In this document: positions 36,715 through 50,474 of the stretch, in pieces
Position numbering within the stretch: the first letter of the stretch is position 1
Layout of the letters: the number at the start of each line of letters is the position of its first letter
Assembly: GCA_002633005.1 (NCBI GenBank)
Contig: NMRA01000205.1
Span: 483,273 to 547,272 of the forward strand
DNA: 64,000 nucleotides
Direction: 5' to 3'
Origin: Phoronis australis
Taxonomy: Eukaryota; Animalia; Phoronida
Translations under genes and position numbers: made by a program
The notes under the pieces: model-generated
Databases searched by the model: none
Told to the model about the DNA's origin: nothing
Seen by the model: the letters and a program-made list of their open reading frames with translations, nothing else

Positions 36715-39700
36715 TACTGAATAGTTTCTGGATGTGACTACAATCTAAATTCTGCAATGCATTATTTTTTCCTTTTCTAATCCCCACTTGAATTGTATTG
36801 GTGTCATTATTGCCATGCTGTGAAAGCTGCATTTTTGCCTACACGCTTGAGTGATCGGGTTTTGTGGTTGATATGGTGTGCCTGAGTGAGACTTGATTCA
36901 CTGTCTGGAGCTGTACTTTTCTGTCTCCTACCAAGGGCAGGCAAATTGAGTCCAGAATGCCAGGCAAACAACACCAGGCCTTTGTGTCAAGTACTGGGGC
37001 CATTAAAACTCAAAAAACCCAGACTTGTCAACCACTCCGCATGTGACGCGACAGGTGCTGACTGTGGACTTTTTATCAGTAAGCGGTGCGTCACTAGTTT
37101 GAAAATCTATGGAACTGGCCTGGTGTTGCTCGAGTCACTGGAATTTATTGAGCTGAACTTTTATTGAGCTGAACTTGAGTTGAAACGGGAATGAAACCTG
37201 TAGAGCCCGAAGCCAAAAAATCAATGGCACAGACATAGGAGTGCACTAGGCACATGTGTTTGATTTAAATTACTTTGAAGGGGAGAGGGTGGCACCTCGG
37301 TTATGCAATAAATTTATTAGCTGATTTATTATATTTATAAATATGACTGTAAAGGGGTGGGTGTTGTAGAGAGCATGAAAAGTTAGTGTGATTGTCTGCT
37401 TCCCCTGAATGTTCCACGATATCTCGCGAACGTTTGCATGATCTTGCATTTTCGCGAGATTCTTGGTTGTAAGCGATGACAACCCTAGTGAAATGCATTC
37501 TGGAGCCAGTTGGAAAAGTGAGGCCTTGGCAAGCCTGAGGACAGTTTATTCAGTACGAACTGAAATATTCATTTAATTTAGTTCATTGTTAGTGGTTTTC
37601 AATAAAGTTTTCAGTGTGCCTCTTGTTTTATTGTATATGTATTTACAATTCTGGTGAAATGGTGGCCTGAATGAACTCTCCGCGGCTGTAAAGTGCCATA
37701 TTATATCTGTTAAATTTACCAACAAAATCACTAATTATAACATTTCACTGCGTTGTACTTTACATCTGTTACCTAACAGAGTTTGGTATTGATTTAATTC
37801 GATTCTCTACATCAGTGTGTTTCAAATGGTACATGACAACTGTTCACTGTTTTGGAGTTTAACGAATGGAAACCATACGTAGAATAAACCAAATCGTTTA
37901 GATTTTTAGAACTCTTACATGTCATGCCGATGCCAAGCTCAAAGTCTGATTGGTTAGTGACATCACTTCCTGGTGGCTGGTTGGTTACACATAAACAATG
38001 GAATTCATCGAATGCTTCTTTTTTAAATTGATTTCATTCCAGTTGTTAGCTTGCAATTCCAATTTGACCTGATTAGTGTTGTCGGAAATTTAAATTTAAA
38101 GCCTCATATGTATTTTGCTTATTGTCGAGGTTTTTGACTGCTCTGATGGTTCTAACAACATTTAAGCTATACAAGAAAACTTGGATTAATCATTCACTTA
38201 TCCACCAGTCAAGCAACACTTGAACCCCCCCCCCCTAATTGGAATGGGAAAATGTATCCCACAGAATGCTGACTAGGTATGCTAGATAGGTTTGGAGGTT
38301 GACACCAAAACAGTGATGAGGTTGGACAGCTCCAGCTGTTTAACTTCTGGCCTGATATGATTGTGGCTCAGTAAAACCAAGCTGTTTACCCTATTACAGT
38401 TGTAAATTCCATATCCTTGAATTTATAGAGTGATTCTGCAAACATGATTTAAAACCAAATTTGCTCATTTCCCTTGCAAAGTAGACTTTAAGCCGTCAGG
38501 TTTGAAAAAATGTTAATTTTTAATAAGTAATTGTTTTGTCCCGAATTTAAAAGTATATAATAATAACAGTTACTTCCAACTTTAAGAATCTTTTATCTCG
38601 TAATTTGTTATTGGGCTGTTCTAGCCAGACTTGTTCCTCTTGGGTAGGCCGAATCAACAAGCCCCGTCACCTGGTGTTGTCATTATTCTGGTCAAGATGA
38701 CTGGCATGACTAGTGCTTTCAAATGACTTTTTAATGTATTGGGTTTCCCTGAGTCACGCATGTCTCCTTGGGTTCTGAAAAAACATAGCTATACAATTGA
38801 TCTGCTGATTTGATGAATATTTAAATAGGCAATACAGTTTTGCTAGTGGCTGTTTTGTATGCTAATGAGTGATTTGTCAGGTGACCCATTGCCATTTCTC
38901 CAGTGTGATACCGTTCAATCACAATCGGAAAAATGACATTCCAGAGCACCGGTATCGAGCCATGTGACGGCTTGGACGGCATGGCCAAGAGGGAAAAACA
39001 CAGTCTATGTCAAGACAACCTTGGCGAAAATGACGTCTAAACAAAAAATTTTAACATTCTTGACTTATAAATTTTATTGTGGTTTGTTATTATGTAGACA
39101 TGTATTGAGGTCACAGACTATTACCATCTATTTTACCTTAAGTGTCACATTAACAATCGCCGAATGGTGATCAGTGATGTAGTCCTAGGAAAAATAGTCT
39201 GTGGATGCCGAAGAACCAAAAAACAACGAAAATACTGTTACTGTGTAACACCATACGTTGTTATGAAATTTAATGTGAAGTTTATTAAAATTAGATCAAT
39301 ACATTACGAAAAATAAAATTTACTGAGGGTTACATTCTGTGGCTGTACACGAGGCATGGAACGATGCCCTCCCTGTATCCTCATTAACTGCTCCCCTTGG
39401 TCTACAGTATTTTAGCGTTGTAATACAACAAAGCATGTGATCTCATTTTGACTTGAGTGGGTAATTGGCTTTTTTAACATGGCCCTCATTATTGAAATAA
39501 AAGGTAAATGCCAACGTCAGCGATTGATTAGTAATTAAAGAAGGGTAAGTTTAGTCCTTAGTGTACTGGTCTGGTGCATATGTATTGTGGGTGTGTCCGA
39601 GGCTTAATTTTTTATGGTTTACATACATAATGAATTTCTAAAGCTTCATTTTGTATGGTTAGTCATAGGATCCTCTTTATATGTATGATGAATTTACCAT

Positions 39701-41300
39701 CAAGCTTGATTTTCCGTGTTCATTGGTGTTATTCTGTTTATAGGGAAAACAAACCTCTAAGGCTCCAGTCTCTGTGGTTTCATTTAAGCATCAATTGCAG
39801 GATTTGCCGCATTGATTACTACCTGTTCAGGGATTTGCAGCTTCCTTTGGTAGACGTCATGTGATTGAAGGTGCACTATTCTGGGACACCTTAATCTGAT
39901 CACAACACCACCTGTTGGCAACATCTTGTGATTAAAGGTATTCAAGTTTGTCTTAAAGGTTCCTGTCACGGGCATGGTTGGGTACACTCTGCTACCTTGA
40001 GTTGTTAAGATTACTGACTAAACAGAAATCTCTTGAAACCTACCTTAGTCCGACATTGGTTGGAAGTCCTGCAGCCTGTTTCACTAAAATGTGTACTTTA
40101 CGAGCTTTTTAACTGGCTCCATAACTTAAGAATTAAGCCAGAGTTTGTCTAAAAATGAAAGTCAGGATTCTGAACTTAAAAAATCCCATTTCAACCTGTT
40201 TTGAATCTCTGAAGGAAGTTGTTACTGAATAGTTGCTTCCGCTGTAAATCACACTTGTTAATAAAAAGGTTATAAGTCATTCACAGGAAACTGGTTGCTG
40301 AATATGTCCTTGAAACTTTGGAAATTGTTAGGTCATCGGACTATAACATAATTTCTAGTGAGGCAGTTAAATTGTGTTTTAAAAATTAGAGTTTGCATGG
40401 ACACTTTCAAAACAAATGATTTAGGTCTTGAAATTGCAAATTGGCTTTGTGTTTTTCAAAACCATATGTGTTCTTTTCACTAATGAATTCTTTTTTCCGA
40501 CAACCTCTAAAAACCTTTCACACCAGCATCAAGGCATTGGTGTTTCATGAACTCCTGGCCTTTGAGTGTGAAAGGTTAACATTGATCTTGGGTCAAAGTT
40601 AATGTCACAAATTAGCTTTGCAGTAAATAGTTGAAGTGAATAGTGGAGGGTCAATGCATTGAAGCAGGGTGACTCTTCAGGTACGGTAATTAAAACGCAT
40701 AATGATATGGATAACGTTTTCACAGGGCTACTTTACGATAACTGTTTGATTTCAGTGTCATCGCGGAGTTTGACATGCTCAAGTATCGATGCTTGTGAGA
40801 AAGCTTGAGTTAAGTTTGTACTCACCATTGATCTTCCTCTGTTAAGTTCATGGAAAATACTGTTAGTGTCCAAAATTGAAGAGACCATTGGATACTTATA
40901 AAATTCCATGAAATCTAATATAATACATAATGCAGTGGATAAGTAGAATTCTATTTTCTCTTTTTTCGTAAATTTATGTTGCACCAAATTACTGCTGTGC
41001 CATATTGAAGTTCGGTACCATAACTACAGCGTGTGCGTGCCAAAAATAACCAAACAAAATGACCAAGAATTACCCATCATAACAGCTGGGTACAAGCGAG
41101 ATTCACCATCTGAGTAGCTAGAACAGTATTTTGCCCGATTGCTTTTGACGTGAACTGTTCCATTAGAGAAAGATTTGAAAATAATTTTTGGGCGTTCAAA
41201 ACTATATTAGAGGAGCTTGAAAAATGAAAGCACGGCCATTTTTTATAATTTTATTTTTGTCCAAAATTGGTAAGATTTTACCATTCCACCATCTGTATGT

Positions 41301-41596
41301 CAGGGCCTCGATTTTGGGGCCAAATAAAGGCCCCATTCCCTCTGAAAATCCCCTCATGATGCCCATAAGTTCTCCTTCAGTGATTGGAAATTCCTCTCGT
41401 GGTTTGAATCTCTTGTAACTCACACAGGTAACAAAATGTTAGTTTTGGCTACTTGAGGCAGAGCCTATGAGTGCTTGCAACGGGGTGAGGGTTGCTATTT
41501 ACTGATGGTGATCAAGAGGTAGGATTTCCCCCTCACCCTGAAAATTCCCCTCTCAGGTGGCACAGGCACCTTTCCCTCGGATGAACTAGGACCCTG
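41301..41596. mobile_element. hAT- or P-like MITE with CAGGG termini; related fragments at ~31170-31256 and (inverted) ~35918-35990
   Basis: CAGGGCCTCGATT...AACTAGGACCCTG ends. The right arm TTTCCCC(C)TCA...AAATTCC..TCTCAG..GGCACAGGCACCT recurs at 31.2 kb. Confidence 0.55.
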
Positions 41597-42410
41597 TGTC
41601 TGGATGCCAATTTTATAGCCCCAGCTCATGAATGCTGTTTGCCTTTCTTTTTCTTGTTGAAATGTTACGTCACTCCCATTAACTTTAGGTCTAATCCTAC
41701 TTAACTCTCTAAGTGCAGTTCAGCAGACAGCCCACATTCCAAACCATAGATAACCAGTCAGTAGTTTGCAACAGAAATACATGAAATCCCAAAGTTTGCC
41801 TCGTTAAACGCTGAGTGGCCTAAACAAGTTGAGTAACTGTTTGAGATATCATTGACAAAAACTGTAATTTATATAATTTTTTTTAAAAATCTTTTGACGC
41901 CCTCGTGAAACCAAACTTTTTTGGATTGAAACGGACATACGGAGACACTGGCGGACGGAAGTTAAACGGCTTACCACATGTACTTAAAAGTTTTTCAGAG
42001 GGATTTATTAAAAGTCGTATGAACAATTGTCTCGATTCATTACTTGTCATGAAACTACTAATTTCAAATAGCAATGCTAATTAAGTTATACCAAGACGTA
42101 CATAAAGTAGAGGAAATACCCCTTGCACTTTGATAATCCAAAATGGGTGAAATCAGAAAGTTTCAGTTGAAAAGATGCAGCGCCCTAAGGGGATATCATA
42201 AGTTTTATGGTCAAAATCGCATTTTTGGGATTCTGTCTGGATGGGATAGAATAGAAATTATTAGCTTTGACCAGAGCTATAAAACCACAAAATCTGTTGT
42301 GTTACGGGGATTTTATTACAATTTGCCAATTCTCCTCGGTGTCTGCCAGACATTTGCTGAAATCAAGGCTTGACTTTACCTGGTAACTACCTTAAAATAT
42401 TCTGCCATTT

Positions 42411-42535
42411 ATCGAGTTGGATTTAGCTCCGCTAGCGGAGCATTAGATTGGGACCACAGGGGTTCCTGGCTCAATTCTGTGCTGAAGCGGATCTCAGAAA
42501 ATCACTTTTCTTGACGATAATGTCCCTGTGTTAGA
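42411..42535 (+). mobile_element. Degenerate tRNA-derived SINE fragment
   Basis: A-box-like TAGCTCCGCTAGC and B-box-like GGCTCAATTCT. Homologous to the inverted copy at 6311-6432. Confidence 0.5.
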
Positions 42536-43222
42536 AATTCTCCGGTTTGGAACACTAAAAATTGTTCTGCTTAAGGACAGAGCTTTTAGATAATTTTCGA
42601 AATTGTAGGCAATATTGGCTGTCCTAAATTCAAGAATTACGATCAATGATAGCTGATCATTCACCTCGATGTTACACACTTTGGGGACATATGCAAATAT
42701 AGCATTGGCTGTTATTTTCAATGATTTTATGAACTGCCAAGTTCATTTTCAGACTGTTAATGTAAAATACTTTGTCCAGTATTTTGCGAAATATTATGAA
42801 TGTCTTGTCCGTGTCCCAGTCTTCAGAATCAAATAAATTGAATTTCACTGTTCCACGTTTTAGAGACTCCTTAAGTGTGGCGTTTATACTATATAACTTG
42901 TTGTTTGCTCATTAATACAGTTTTTGCGTGTTGCGATCTATATTTCGTACATGACGATTCAGTTCTTGTGAGCCCATTTTCGTGGAGCTCAATTCTTTTC
43001 TAGTCTGCACCTGATACTGGGTAAAATGTATCAAAACTGTGGACATTCACATCTCAGTGTTTGAAGCCCTTGAAAAGTGAAAAGAGGGCATTTTTGGCAA
43101 ATATTTTTGTCCGAAATTGCTGGATTTTTACCGTAGTAGTTGGTACATCATTGGTATTAAAAGTTGAGTCTAACAAAGAGCGCATCCAAATTATGTTACC
43201 CTACTTGATTTTCCCCCCACAG

Positions 43223-43291
43223 TTTCAACAGTTGTAGAAACATGTGTTGCACACTTTGAGTGTATTTGTGAAGTGGAGTTTTTATGTGAAG
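43223..43291 (+). other. Candidate 69-nt cassette exon within the long first CELF intron (non-coding or stop-containing)
   Basis: ttgattttccccccaCAG acceptor (AG 43221-43222) and AAG|GTAAGT donor (43292). Contains TGA stops in the phase-2 frame. Confidence 0.4.
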
Positions 43292-45918
43292 GTAAGTAGG
43301 ATGTCTGATCATAAGGCAGGGACTGCCAGTGGTCACCAGTTATGTCATAAGACAGGTGGTATGGTAGTGATTAGTGAAAGTCTTGAAGAGGCAGATTTGG
43401 TAACTCAACACCTAAAAGCTAAATGATTGAAGATACGTCCCTAATTTGGATTGGAAATAATCGCTTTAAAAGAGATTTCATCTTTTGTGTTTGAAAAAAT
43501 GACCATCTTATTCTATTCTACTTTTGATCACTACGATTTTTGCCCAAGTTGCATTGTGCCGGCATGCAGTTATACTCCATTCACACTGGCTAAAACACTA
43601 GCGTTTTCGCTAGCATCTCTGGCAGTAGCAGAAACGACAGTCATGTGAACGGTTACAAGTGTCATTTTACTGGTGCTAATGCTGGAGTTTTGAGTTACCC
43701 CTAGACTGATGTCATTTTCGCTACTTTTTTAGTCACATCGCTTAATCGGAAGATGCACATGCGCAGGGCAATAGGCGTAGTTATTTGTAGTCGCATTAAC
43801 CGATTTATAGCAGACGTCAATTTTCGATTAAAAGTGACTTGGGTGAAAACGCCCCCTTCATGGATAGCTCGTCTGTGTGGTTGAAACGCTAGCATTTTCG
43901 CTTGAGTTTCGGCCAGTGAAACTGGTAGAGTTTTCGCAGCTCGTGTGATCCCATAAAAGATACTGTTGTTATTTTCAGTCTTACCTGTGTTGAAATGATA
44001 AAGAAATTCTAAATCAACTGGTTTGTCAAAAAGTGAGATAATAATGAATAGAGTAATTATGTGAGCCATTAATTCAGACTACCATTAGAATCCTGAGTGG
44101 TTCTACTGAACATGTCTTGATGTACTGTACACCTGCAGACCTAATTTTAAATAGCAGCCATGCTGGTCTATTAACTTAAAACTAAACCAGCATTCGCTGT
44201 AGGAGGCATCATAATCACCCTATGTTGCTTTGTGTTACTTTTTGGTCAGTCACTTGGTACGTTGCCTATTAAATGTCATTCGATCGTAAATTAGCTGTAG
44301 GTGTCTAAAGATTATTAGAATCATTTTTAAGGTTTTATTCAAGGTATTAGTCGTTGTCATGCTTTACTCGATGTTGCTCATAGATGAAGTTATTATTGAA
44401 AGGTGTACGCAATTCTGACCTACGTAATGCTGCGGGCATGTCTTCTTGGCTAATGGTTTGAAACACCTGGCTTTATTCAGTGCATAGCTGCCACAGCAAC
44501 TTACGGTATCAGTCTGAGAATATCCTGTTCAGTTAATTACAGTGGTACTGGTGAGTTATGTCAATTGTCTATTGTTTCAGCTTCCAACAAACTCAAAGTG
44601 TTGGTTTTTATGTCAAGGCTCGCATTGTGCTGTATTGTATCAGGTCGGGATGAATATGCTGTAAATTTCTACGTTTTCGCCTTGCGTTTTTTTTTTCCAC
44701 CCTGCTTTTAAATCTCGGGCTCAAATAAAGTTTCCATTTTCAATCCCATAATACTCTTTATCGTTCAAATTATTTGGCTACGGATAGATTTTGTTAAAAC
44801 AACAAATTTGGCTGGTATTTATCAAAGACATACGAGTCTGTTGGTATCAAGTTTAAGTTTTGAGGATTAGGTATGAGAAAGAGAAAAAGGTTTAGTCGCA
44901 TTATCGGCAACAATGTTGTGTATCCGAGATCAGGCCACTGAGTTTGGTTCAAACCTTTCCAATGCTTTGCTAATGGAGCTAAAAGCCAATGTGGCTTGTA
45001 GGTGAATAGCGTGTTTAACTGATAAGGTCACTGGCCGCAATTTTAGTTAATTCTGACGAATGGCTGGAGGCTAACTTTGAGAATTGGCAATATCTGTTAA
45101 GATTTCAAAAATAGCCGATTTTTTGTTTTACAGTTTTGATCATAATTAAGTCCGACAAGTCTATCCTACCCAAATGTAGTCCGAAAATGTGCTTTTCTCC
45201 CCTAAAACTTTTTTTTTTACCTTTAAGTTAGTTTAGGGTAGTTCTAATCCTTCACCACATTGCTTCCTATTGTCTAATGTTGGCTGGTGGACACCAACAG
45301 GTCTGTTGCTGCTCTCTGGTCTCTCAATCACAGATCACTTATCAGCACTAACCACAACCCCAGCGGATGTCCTTAATGGACAAACGAGCTAAGACCATAT
45401 TTTTATTAATAAGACACAGCACTCACACGTCTATATATCACAATACAATGTCATTACTGGTAGCCTAATTAACCATTGTCCGATTACCACCCCACATGGT
45501 AGGCTCTCACATATTGAATAAACATGATCTAGTCAATATATCGGTTTTACTTATAGGTTACTAATTCTGCCCGTCATCTATTGTTTAATACTTGGAGGGC
45601 ACTTTGGGAACTTCAAGATGAGTGCCATGTGGGCCCAAGTGCGTGATGACTCGCTTGCTTTAGTTTGTAAACATTGGGCACGCGCTGTGTAAATCCACTC
45701 GTGATGTTGTGTTTTCTCAGGCACTTTCTGTAAACTATATTTACCTGTCATAAGTAGACAGCTGTTAAGATTTATAAGAGCTCATCCTATGTATAAGACA
45801 TCACCTGGTTAAGGGAAGATTCTAGTATTTGCAAAAAGTTAACACTTGACAATGCTCTTTCTCTGCTACCATGGGTGTGTGGTTGAGTGCGCCATCTTAG
45901 TTATAATAGTGAGTTCTG

Positions 45919-46134
45919 CGGTAACAATTTTTCAGTGTGGGACAATAATTCTAGATTTCAGTTGCATTGTTGCAAATGCTTGAAATTTTACCAAATGTTG
46001 CTTGGTAATAGCTACACCATACCACGCTAAAAAGAACTTGAATTTTCCTGAAAATTTATTTTTGTTTAGAAATTCGACAAAATGAAATTTTACCTGTCCG
46101 CCATATTTTGCTCCAAACTTAAGAATTGTTACAG
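45919..46134. mobile_element. Diverged copy of the Tc1/mariner-type MITE
   Basis: TTTTTGTTTAGAAATTCGACAAAATGAAATTTTACCTGTCCGCCATATT matches the family core. Confidence 0.5.
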
Positions 46135-49100
46135 CGGCTCTGTATCCATCCAGGTTACAGTCCATGGTCATTCAAGTTGGGAAACTCACTAATGCATTGA
46201 AGGGGAAAGGGGCCTTTTTGATGTTACGTACCTTTCTTAGAAATCAAATTCCTGGTTACGTTGTAAAGACCTGTTTTGTGTTAAATTGCTGTTCCCTTGA
46301 TGTGTATGTCATATCCACAGAACTATAGACAGTGAAGTAAAAACCATATTGGCTCGGCATTTAAACACGTTATCTTGATTTGAGAGCGAAATCTGAAAGA
46401 TTTAAATACTGTACGTTTGTTCATTGGAGCACTGGGTCTACCAGGCTAACAAAGTGCTAACTCATTGTTGTGTTACCATTGTGGGTTTCATTCAACCAAA
46501 TGGCTGCAGAAATTAAAATCATGATTTAAGATTTTGCTATTCTTCTGTCGTGCTGATTTGATAAAAAATCTTCTCTATGAATACGGATTTCTAGAGTTAG
46601 GTTGTTGTCTGTGCATGATATACTTAAAATCACAGAAAGATGGTGCTGGTCTTCGATGTTATCTGTAAAGTACTCTTTGTAACTGTAAACAGCAAGTTTC
46701 CCTTGTTTCTGACCATAAAAATTCAGGGAATTTTGTGTTTTATGTCTCTGAAATTTCATTTGGTGCCTTCGGAAGAGCTGAGAATGTGAAACATGAAAGC
46801 TGACATTCAGAACACCGCTGTTGGTAATACATTTGTCCATACCGTGACAGCTGAAGATCAAGTCGATTCAGTACATTGTCCTCATGGTATGAGATACCTG
46901 TCGACATTTCTACTGTGTCTAAAGCTCTACATTGGTATGTTCTTCAGTCCTGCTCTTCAGTTATGAATACTATAGAAAAAGCTGCCGCAATTTAGCGTTT
47001 TCAAGAATTGTATGTATTCACTGCTGTGGCAGATGTTTTTGGTAAGGAAAATCAAGTAATTTAGGTAATTGTCCTGAAATTGGTATGATTTCACTGAAAG
47101 AAATTGTCTGTTTTTTCAGGGTTTCCATAGTTACCTTTTGTCAACGTATAGTTAGTTAATGGTTTGATTTTAAGCATTTGCATTAAGGTGTGAATCTCGC
47201 CAGTTTTGGACAAAAAAATGCCGAAATTACCTTTTTCATTATCAAGAGGCTCTGACGTTGTGAATGTTAACAGTTTTTGGAAACTATTATCCGACGAGGC
47301 TAGTCACGGATTAGAGCTTGATAATGTTTTAGCTTTGATTGGGTACTGCTTTGCTTAAAAAATCAGATAATTTAATCTCTCTTGTGTGCCGCCTTACGTC
47401 CTAAATTGATGAAATTTTACTGTGAAATAAGTCTAGGAGAATTTGGAAATTTGGATTTTAATAATTATTTTTGTCCCGAATTCAATGCTGTTTTCTTTGT
47501 TTAAATGTGAGTTCCACCTAGGTGTTTGAATGGCAAAATTTAGATGTTCAATAAGCGTATTTTTGAGTTAAGGTTGGCTGGTTTCCACTTAGGCATATAT
47601 GGAGACTAGTTGCCTGTTTACATTGTTCCTCATCGCGGAAATAGTTCTCTGGGAGAAAAAAGGCTCACGCTCATTCGAATGTAGATTTGACATTGATTTA
47701 ATCTGAATGGATTCTAATGGAGGCAGTGCTATAAGTAATGACTGTTAAACTTTTGTGATTTCCAAGCTTAAACAATGTTGCGATACTTGACCAAAACAAT
47801 TATCAAGCAATTTCTGTTCTCGCCAAAAAATGGATAGGTGTCACGAAATAATATGAATATTTTGGACTTTTACTCTGTCGAGTTGTAATGATTATTGAAG
47901 TCGTCTTCTTCACGAAGTACAACAACATTGAGGAAGATACCGCAATAGAATAACTGGCCTTTGCCAGGCTAAGTGAGTTGTAAGAACAGCCATTCTCTGG
48001 CTTGTCCTGTAATTACGGTAAACACATGTGAGGAATGCATTTTTCATGCTTGACATTTTCCTGGGGCGTGCGTAAAAATCAACTGCACTTTCTGCTGAAA
48101 ATCATCCTCTTTTCCGGTCTCATATTTTTGTGAAAAAAAAAGAAAAAAACTCGTAAGATGTTCAAGCCATTTTATCAACATCTGAAAATTTAGCTGTTCG
48201 TTTTTTTCCATGCTCTGGTCAAGATTTTGCAAGTTTACCAGGTAATATTTGATTTGTCAAGAATAGTTGTTGATGCAAAACACAACAAGTCACTTTATTT
48301 GCGTGAGAGTTCTTTCTTACACCATACATTTTGTTCCTAGTAGTTGACCATTGATCCTAAGTGCAATTTCCTTCTTTTGTGTCTTGGCCACAAATTGGTA
48401 GCCATGGTGATTGTTCCTGCTAATTGCTACATTTTGTCATTGTATCAAATTCACTTAGCCACCAATTTTCACTCGCAATTCACAAGACGGGCTAAGACGG
48501 AAATTCATTTGCCTGACTTCAATACCTTCAAGTATAATTAGGGGTAATGTGCGTTTTTATTAGCTTTTTTCAGCAGACAGCTATCTGCATGAAATGAACT
48601 GAGCTAGCTGCTCTGGCGCTATAATGTGGTTAATATTTTCATCCCTTGTTAGGTCTGCAGACTGGAATGTTTGAAGGAGAGATTTTTATAAACAAGGCTT
48701 TGGGAACACCTTGACACTTAAGTTAGTGACGCCCCCATTGGCATGAAATTCATTGTGGCTGTGGTCGAATTTCTCCTCGCAAATAAGAGTGAAATTTCCG
48801 TGATCTGCGGCAGAAGTTAATGCAGAGTCACAGATGAAATTTTGAAATATTTAAAAATCGGCACACATCCTTTTGTAGGACTCGGATCCTTTTGTAGGAC
48901 TCGGATGTGAATTGCACGTGAATAAGTCGTGAAGTACATGTGAAGACTGAATAATGGTTGTCACTGCACACCATTTTGTCAAGGTTCACGTTTTTTCCCT
49001 GATTGAGGTGTGCACAGTACGTAATCTTTTACGTGCCATTGTGACCCATTTCATGCTGTGCCTGAATTATTGAGGTGAAAACCAATCAACGGTAGTACAA

Positions 49101-50223
49101 GCAGGAATCTGCTGAACTGACACACTGTGTACTACAAATTTAGTGTCAGTGTATACCAAAACGTAGAAGTCTGCGTGCCTTAAGTAGTAAAGCTCACGCC
49201 AGTCCAACCCAATATGGTAAAATCTGACCAATGTGGGATGCTAGTATGGACAACAAGGGAAGTAAATTATTTTATCATGATGTCCAAATTTGTAGTGGAC
49301 AATGTTCAGCGCCATCTTCAGCTCAGTCCTGTGATTTCTTTAGTTAGAATATGTCGGCGAACAACAGAAATTGTGTTTTGTCTTGGTCACTGGGCCCATC
49401 TGCCTCACCAGAATTTGAAAAATTGGGTCAAGCAAGAATTGCTTTCTTGCTCCCATGTTGCTAAAGAGTTCCCTAGTGGGTCAAGAGATTTTATCCGGGT
49501 CAAATGAAATTGACCTATCTGAAAGGCAAAGTGCATTAGCTAGACCACAGGAACAGCAGAACTACCGTATGTCCCAGATAGTAGAGACAAGAGAAGAAAT
49601 CATATTTGATATAATGTTCTTTATTTTCAAACATATTACATAACTATTCTAGCTCAGCTGCATTATGACACTTTCACATTCCCTACACAGCAAAAATCTT
49701 CATCCTGACAAAATTTTTTTTCAACTCGATAGAGTCCTTTCTCAAAGTAAAATCTCTTCAACAGTACACAGAGTGAAACTGGATGGGCTAAACATGTTTT
49801 TACAAGGTGTAAGGATGTGTTAGATGATTGGTTTATGTTGGTTCAGTTAATGCCATGCTTTCTGCAGAGTGTACCTTGCTAATGAGTCATGACATGTAGA
49901 GCCAGGAGGGCTCCTACCTGAGCTCACACCCCTCTCTGTGAAGAAATTTTCTTAGCACTTTTCACGTGATCGCTGGTTGAACTTTTTTACCAATTGGGCT
50001 GTGTGAATTACCTAGAAGATATTTTTGGTATACAAACCGGTAGAATATTTATCGAGGTGCAGCACGAATTATTGAGGAAGACCAGAGGCGTGAATTTTAA
50101 TCATTACAGTTTATGAATTGATGGAGACTTTACTGGATACCTGGATGAGGCCAGTATTTGTTGGCTAAGAATTATTCATACGCACCCCTTTCTTGATCCC
50201 TAGGTCTGCCTTTGAATGAAGTA

Positions 50224-50474
50224 CGGAAATTCTCCACGTAATTCACAGTAAAACAATTGCCAAAATTGTCATTTTCCGCTTTTCAAAAGTCAAATAATCT
50301 ACTGCAAATTATAGAAAATTTACCACCAAAAGTTGTTTTCCAAGATCTATACAATTCAAACAGTGCTATGGTTGAGACAATTTTTTTCTAAATTTTCATT
50401 TTTGTGGAGGAATTTGACAAAATAGAATTTCATTTGTTAGCCATATTGTGTGCTAAATAAGTGAAGCATTAGTG
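50224..50474. mobile_element. ~250-bp Tc1/mariner-type MITE
   Basis: TA|CGGAAATTCTCCACGTAATT...TGTGCTAAATAAGTGAAGCATTAGTG. Full-length homology to 23149-23398 (inverted) and 31550-31796. Confidence 0.7.

Noticed and set aside
43570-43945. Harbinger-like MITE overlapping the 122-aa ORF 43701-44069
   Set aside because: The left end CCATTCACACTGGC looks TIR-like but the right end matches poorly, and the ORF has no recognisable domain.
48867-48906. 19-bp tandem duplication (similar 16-bp one at 37144-37175)
   Set aside because: Ordinary local slippage duplications with no further structure.
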